Of a stretch of DNA of 42,264 nt, positions 38,823 through 42,264 are shown one piece after another (the stretch's first letter is position 1; each line of letters starts with the position of its first letter). The notes under the pieces are model-generated. The model was not told the DNA's origin. It saw only the letters and a program-made list of their open reading frames with translations, and ran no database searches. The translations under genes were made by a program, and so were the position numbers. The stretch is from an uncultured Candidatus Saccharibacteria bacterium (GTDB lineage Bacteria > Patescibacteriota > Minisyncoccia > Minisyncoccales > PWPS01): the NCBI GenBank assembly GCA_964544985.1, contig CAZJEE010000001.1:14314-56577 (forward strand), read 5' to 3'.

Positions 38823-39607
38823 ATTTTTAATTGTCTAAAAAAATTTTGTGCTAAAAGATATTCTTCTTTGTTTCTAATTGAAAACCAGTTCCCTTCACAC
38901 TCGTGACCATAAACAGTTTTCCCCGCAGAAATGAGATCATTTATTGCATCAATAATTGACGTTTTTGTTCCTGAGTTTTTTAAATAATCAAATATATCTG
39001 GAGTTAATATATAACGTCCAGCAAGTGCAAGTCGTGATTCTACTTCTCCTTTCTCAGGATTTTTAATAATTTTTTTAATTTTATAAAATCTATTAGCGAT
39101 TTTCTCTGTTTTTACCACATAAGAAGAAGAAACATCTTCTTCGTTAATCTCCTTCAGTGCTAAAACTTGCTTTTGAGACGTTCTATAAACTGCGGAAAGT
39201 TGTTCGATGGAAGACTTTTTACCACAAAAGACATCATTTGAGAAAAGAACTGCAAATGGTTCATCACCAATTTTTTCTTTTGCCTTAAAAATCGCATATC
39301 CACTCCCAGAGTCTTTTTTATGTACAATATTGTGAAATAAAGAATTCTGATACTTTTCTTTAAAATCATTATTCTCCTCACTTAATTTCTCAATATCTTG
39401 AAAATGACCAACAATCCCTTTCTTTTCTGCCGATGAAAGCAAGATAATTTCTTCAATCTTAGAATCAACCAATTCATCAACTAATCTTTGAATAAAAGGA
39501 ACGTCTCCAATCGGCAAAAGTTCTTTAGGTATACATCGAGTAAGCGGAAAAAAATTACAATCGCTTTCAATAGCTGAAATTATTCCTTTTTTTATAACAT
39601 TATTCAT
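38819..39607 (-). CDS. GalU-like sugar-1-phosphate nucleotidyltransferase homologue with a degenerate NTP-binding loop
   Basis: 262 aa. The segment SAIESDCNFFPLTRCIPKELLPIGDVPFIQRLVDEL aligns to the GalU segment [35 protein letters not shown], but the G-L-G-T-R loop is replaced by E-S-D-C-N. Confidence 0.6.
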   Translation of the reverse strand: MNNVIKKGIISAIESDCNFFPLTRCIPKELLPIGDVPFIQRLVDELVDSKIEEIILLSSAEKKGIVGHFQDIEKLSEENNDFKEKYQNSLFHNIVHKKDSGSGYAIFKAKEKIGDEPFAVLFSNDVFCGKKSSIEQLSAVYRTSQKQVLALKEINEEDVSSSYVVKTEKIANRFYKIKKIIKNPEKGEVESRLALAGRYILTPDIFDYLKNSGTKTSIIDAINDLISAGKTVYGHECEGNWFSIRNKEEYLLAQNFFRQLKI

Positions 39608-39617
39608 TTCTTATAAC

Positions 39618-40889
39618 TCAACTTATTCTTCTTAAAAATGAAGGTTTCTCCCACTTATCTTCTTCTTCTAAGATTTCTTTTTCATCTTCGTTCTCTGGAG
39701 CTTTCTTTTTTTCTTGAAAAATATGAAAATCTATTTTGCTCTTTGGTACAACGGTGATTTTTTCAGTTTTTTCTTCTACTTTTTTATTTTCCTTTTTTTT
39801 CTTTTTTGGAGTTTCGGCTTTTTTTATTTCACCGCCCTCAAGTTCTTTTTTCAAAAAATCTGTCTCACATCCTGTCGCAAGAAGCGCAACCCTTACTTTG
39901 TCCTTGTATTTCACTTTTTGCATAATTCCAATAATAATTTTTGCGTCGTCTTCTGTGTGCTTAGAAATACTTTCTGAAATTGAAGAAATATCAGTAAGTC
40001 CAATGTCCTTTCCACCAGTAATATTAAATAAAATACCGGTTGCTTTGTCAATTGAATAAGGATAAAGCGGATTTAAAACAGCTCTTTTTACAACTTCTTC
40101 CGCTCCTTCTTCAAGCGTTCCCTCTGCTGTATTCAAGTAAGTTAATTTTCGTTCTCCTTTCCTATTTTCCAAAACAGTTCTCACATCCGCAAAATCAATA
40201 TTAATAAGGCCCGTTTCATAAATTGTTTCAACGAGTCCTTCAAGACTATCCGCCAAACTTTTATTCATCATCATTAATGCTTCTTTTAGTGGCGTGTTTT
40301 TATCAATTATTTCAAATATTTTCTCATTAGGAAGAACCGTTACAGCATGCATATGTGACGATGATTCTTTAATCGCGTCCTTGGCAATCTTCATTTTTTT
40401 CTCTCCCTCAAAAATAAAGGGAAGAGTAAAAACTCCATAGACCAAACATCCCATTTCTTTTGCAGCTTGTGAAAAAACGGGCATTGCTCCCGATCCTGTT
40501 CCCCCACCAAGTGAAGCAACAAAAATAACGATATCTTGGTCCTTAAAAAGTTTTTTAACTTCCTCTACATCCTGGAGCGCGGCTTCTTTCCCAAGTTTCG
40601 GATCCATTCCAGTTCCTAAACCACCGGTTAGGCTTTTCCCGAAAACGACACCTCTAATCTTCTTTTTCTTTGTTATTTCTTCTAATGCATGAACATCTGT
40701 GTTCAGGGCGGAAAAAGATACTTTTGTTATGCTTGGAGAGATTCCAGAAATAATTGATCCTCCACCACCTCCAACACCAACAACTCTCACTTTAATATCT
40801 CGAAGAGACTCTTCTCCTTTTTTTTTGACCGTAGTTTTTTTTGTTTTTTTATCTTTTTTAGTCATTTTTTTAGTATAACATATTATCAA
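39618..40889 (-). CDS. ftsZ: Cell division GTPase FtsZ
   Basis: It has the tubulin signature GGGTGSG, GVGGGG, NTDVHAL and a long Lys/Glu-rich C-terminal linker. An alternative start, MTKKDKK, is at 40865. Confidence 0.92.
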   Translation of the reverse strand: MIICYTKKMTKKDKKTKKTTVKKKGEESLRDIKVRVVGVGGGGGSIISGISPSITKVSFSALNTDVHALEEITKKKKIRGVVFGKSLTGGLGTGMDPKLGKEAALQDVEEVKKLFKDQDIVIFVASLGGGTGSGAMPVFSQAAKEMGCLVYGVFTLPFIFEGEKKMKIAKDAIKESSSHMHAVTVLPNEKIFEIIDKNTPLKEALMMMNKSLADSLEGLVETIYETGLINIDFADVRTVLENRKGERKLTYLNTAEGTLEEGAEEVVKRAVLNPLYPYSIDKATGILFNITGGKDIGLTDISSISESISKHTEDDAKIIIGIMQKVKYKDKVRVALLATGCETDFLKKELEGGEIKKAETPKKKKKENKKVEEKTEKITVVPKSKIDFHIFQEKKKAPENEDEKEILEEEDKWEKPSFLRRIS

Positions 40890-40899
40890 TAAATCGAAA

Positions 40900-41415
40900 C
40901 TAAATATTTTCCCTCGTCTTTATTAAAAGTACCACAAAATATGTGATTAATCCTCCTACCAAAGCCGTCGCAAGTTGAGGCCAACTCATCATTGTGGTAG
41001 CAACTTTTGCAATTTTACCAGAAAAAAGAACTCCTGATATTAAGAATGAAAAGGTATATAAAAAAAAGAACTTTGAAAATGAAGCAAGAAAAATTCCTTT
41101 CCAATAATTTTCTTTAAATCTATTGAAAACAATAACTAGTATTATATTCCCGATAATGATAAAGGGGATAAGTGGTGCAATATGTAATGGTAAAAAACCT
41201 ACCGCAAGAGCAGTAATGCTTGGAAAAATGGCCAATAGCGTAGCCCCCTTAATTCCTAAAAAAATTGTTGCTAAAAAAAGCGCAGCGTTAACCAGTGGTC
41301 CAGTTACAGCCTGTACACCAAAAAACGGAGAGAAGATAACAATAAAAGAAAGAACTGAAAAAATTACAAGTTCCTTGGTAATTATTTTTTCTATAGCAAT
41401 AGAACTAATTTTCAT
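40900..41415 (-). CDS. Polytopic membrane protein, possibly ECF-transporter S-component-like
   Basis: 171 aa with about 5-6 TM helices. The motifs VTGPLVNAALF and WPQLATALVGG are reminiscent of ECF S components, but this is a weak assignment from memory. It has an 11-nt overlap with the hydrogenase gene. Confidence 0.45.
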   Translation of the reverse strand: MKISSIAIEKIITKELVIFSVLSFIVIFSPFFGVQAVTGPLVNAALFLATIFLGIKGATLLAIFPSITALAVGFLPLHIAPLIPFIIIGNIILVIVFNRFKENYWKGIFLASFSKFFFLYTFSFLISGVLFSGKIAKVATTMMSWPQLATALVGGLITYFVVLLIKTRENI

Positions 41416-42264
41416 TTTTTTTCGCTTGATAAAATTTTGTATAGCAAAGATTCAAAACGTCCTTTTCACTTAAAAATTCTTTATATACTTTTTTCACATA
41501 TGGATTATCACTTGCTTTTTTCGTTTCTTTCTCCCCACTGGCATTACAAAGTCCCTCTCTTCTCTTCTGTCTAATTTTTTCTTCGGTGGGTACACTTTGC
41601 CCGCCTCCACCGATACAACCTCCGTAACATGCCATCGCTTCGACATAATCGTACTTATTTGGTTCCTTTTTAAGTTCTTCTAAAACCTTTTTTGCATTTC
41701 CAAGACCGTGCACTACTGCAAGCTTTAATTTTTTACCATTAAAATCAACTTCAGCCACCTTTAATCCTTTATTTACTTCTTCAAAAACTGCTTTCTTTCC
41801 CGAAATATTATAAAAAGCTGACTGCATTACACCCCCACTTGCTCCGTAGGTAATTCCTGATCCAGATGGCTCTCCAAAAGGATTGTCAAATTCTTTCTCT
41901 TCAATATTTACAAAATCAACTTTATTATTTTTCAGAAGTCTTCCCACCTCTCGCGTAGTCATCACATAATCAACTGGTTTAATGCCGTCAGTCTGAAGTT
42001 CTTTTCTCTCGATCTCATATTTTTTTGCGACACATGGCATGACCGAAACTACCATTATTTTTTCAGGATCTATTTTTTCTTTTTCAGCATAAAATTTCTT
42101 AATAATTCCTCCTAAAATAATATGCGGAGAACGAACAGTTGTAAGGTTAGGAATAAACTCCGGATAATAGAATTCTACAAAACGCACCCATGCAGGACAA
42201 CAAGAGGTGAACATCGGCAGTTCATCTTTTTCAACTCTTTCTAAAAATTCTTTTGATTCCTCAA
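41405..42264 (-). CDS. [FeFe]-hydrogenase catalytic (H-cluster) domain protein, N-terminus beyond the window
   Basis: All three H-cluster motifs are present: FTSCCPAWV, MPCVAKKYE and EAMACYGGCIGGGGQ. It also has a C-terminal small-subunit-like tail (SDNPYVKKVYKEFL). The frame stays open upstream of the track's Met, to 42264 (...EESKEFLERVEKDELP-MFTSCC). Confidence 0.85.
   Translation of the reverse strand, partial: EESKEFLERVEKDELPMFTSCCPAWVRFVEFYYPEFIPNLTTVRSPHIILGGIIKKFYAEKEKIDPEKIMVVSVMPCVAKKYEIERKELQTDGIKPVDYVMTTREVGRLLKNNKVDFVNIEEKEFDNPFGEPSGSGITYGASGGVMQSAFYNISGKKAVFEEVNKGLKVAEVDFNGKKLKLAVVHGLGNAKKVLEELKKEPNKYDYVEAMACYGGCIGGGGQSVPTEEKIRQKRREGLCNASGEKETKKASDNPYVKKVYKEFLSEKDVLNLCYTKFYQAKKNEN

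Overview
The window is AT-rich, very gene-dense and strongly strand-biased: only murI, rpmE and prfA are on the + strand. It looks like a reduced-genome bacterium. Assignment to the Candidate Phyla Radiation/Patescibacteria is my inference from gene content, 16S primer-site mismatches and unlinked rRNA genes. It is not a database result.

Contents, in window order:
- tRNA-Lys, then a CIRCE-controlled hrcA-grpE-dnaK-dnaJ heat-shock operon with an APH-like kinase at its end.
- A cell-envelope block: mreC-mreD-PBP2, greA, lysS, an HD hydrolase, a FemXAB-type transferase, murF and ftsQ.
- A split rRNA locus: 5S-23S at 13.9-17.0 kb, and 16S-tRNA-Ile-tRNA-Ala at 19.3-21.2 kb. About 2.3 kb of unrelated transcription units lies between them.
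- tRNA-Thr, tsf, rpsB, rpmE, prfA, and a secreted coiled-coil/lytic-transglycosylase protein.
- L25, then a central-carbon block: ferredoxin, class II FBA, PfkB kinase, PEP synthase, family II PPase, Acs, GAPDH, Grx-like, iPGM and enolase.
- An SDR, a degenerate GalU-like protein, ftsZ, a membrane protein, and a partial [FeFe]-hydrogenase at the right edge.

I saw no CRISPR array, transposase, integrase, phage gene or recognisable defence gene. The window is essentially core housekeeping.

The most unusual signals are at the RNA level:
1. The 16S 3' tail has no anti-Shine-Dalgarno sequence, and the genes here have no SD motifs.
2. An orphan unit at 18.1-18.4 kb is driven by a perfect consensus promoter. 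It contains a GC-rich double hairpin and is either an unclassified structured RNA or a 56-aa membrane peptide.
3. The 16S and 23S-5S units each have their own promoter and terminator.

All coordinates of RNA ends, promoters and terminators are hand-derived estimates.
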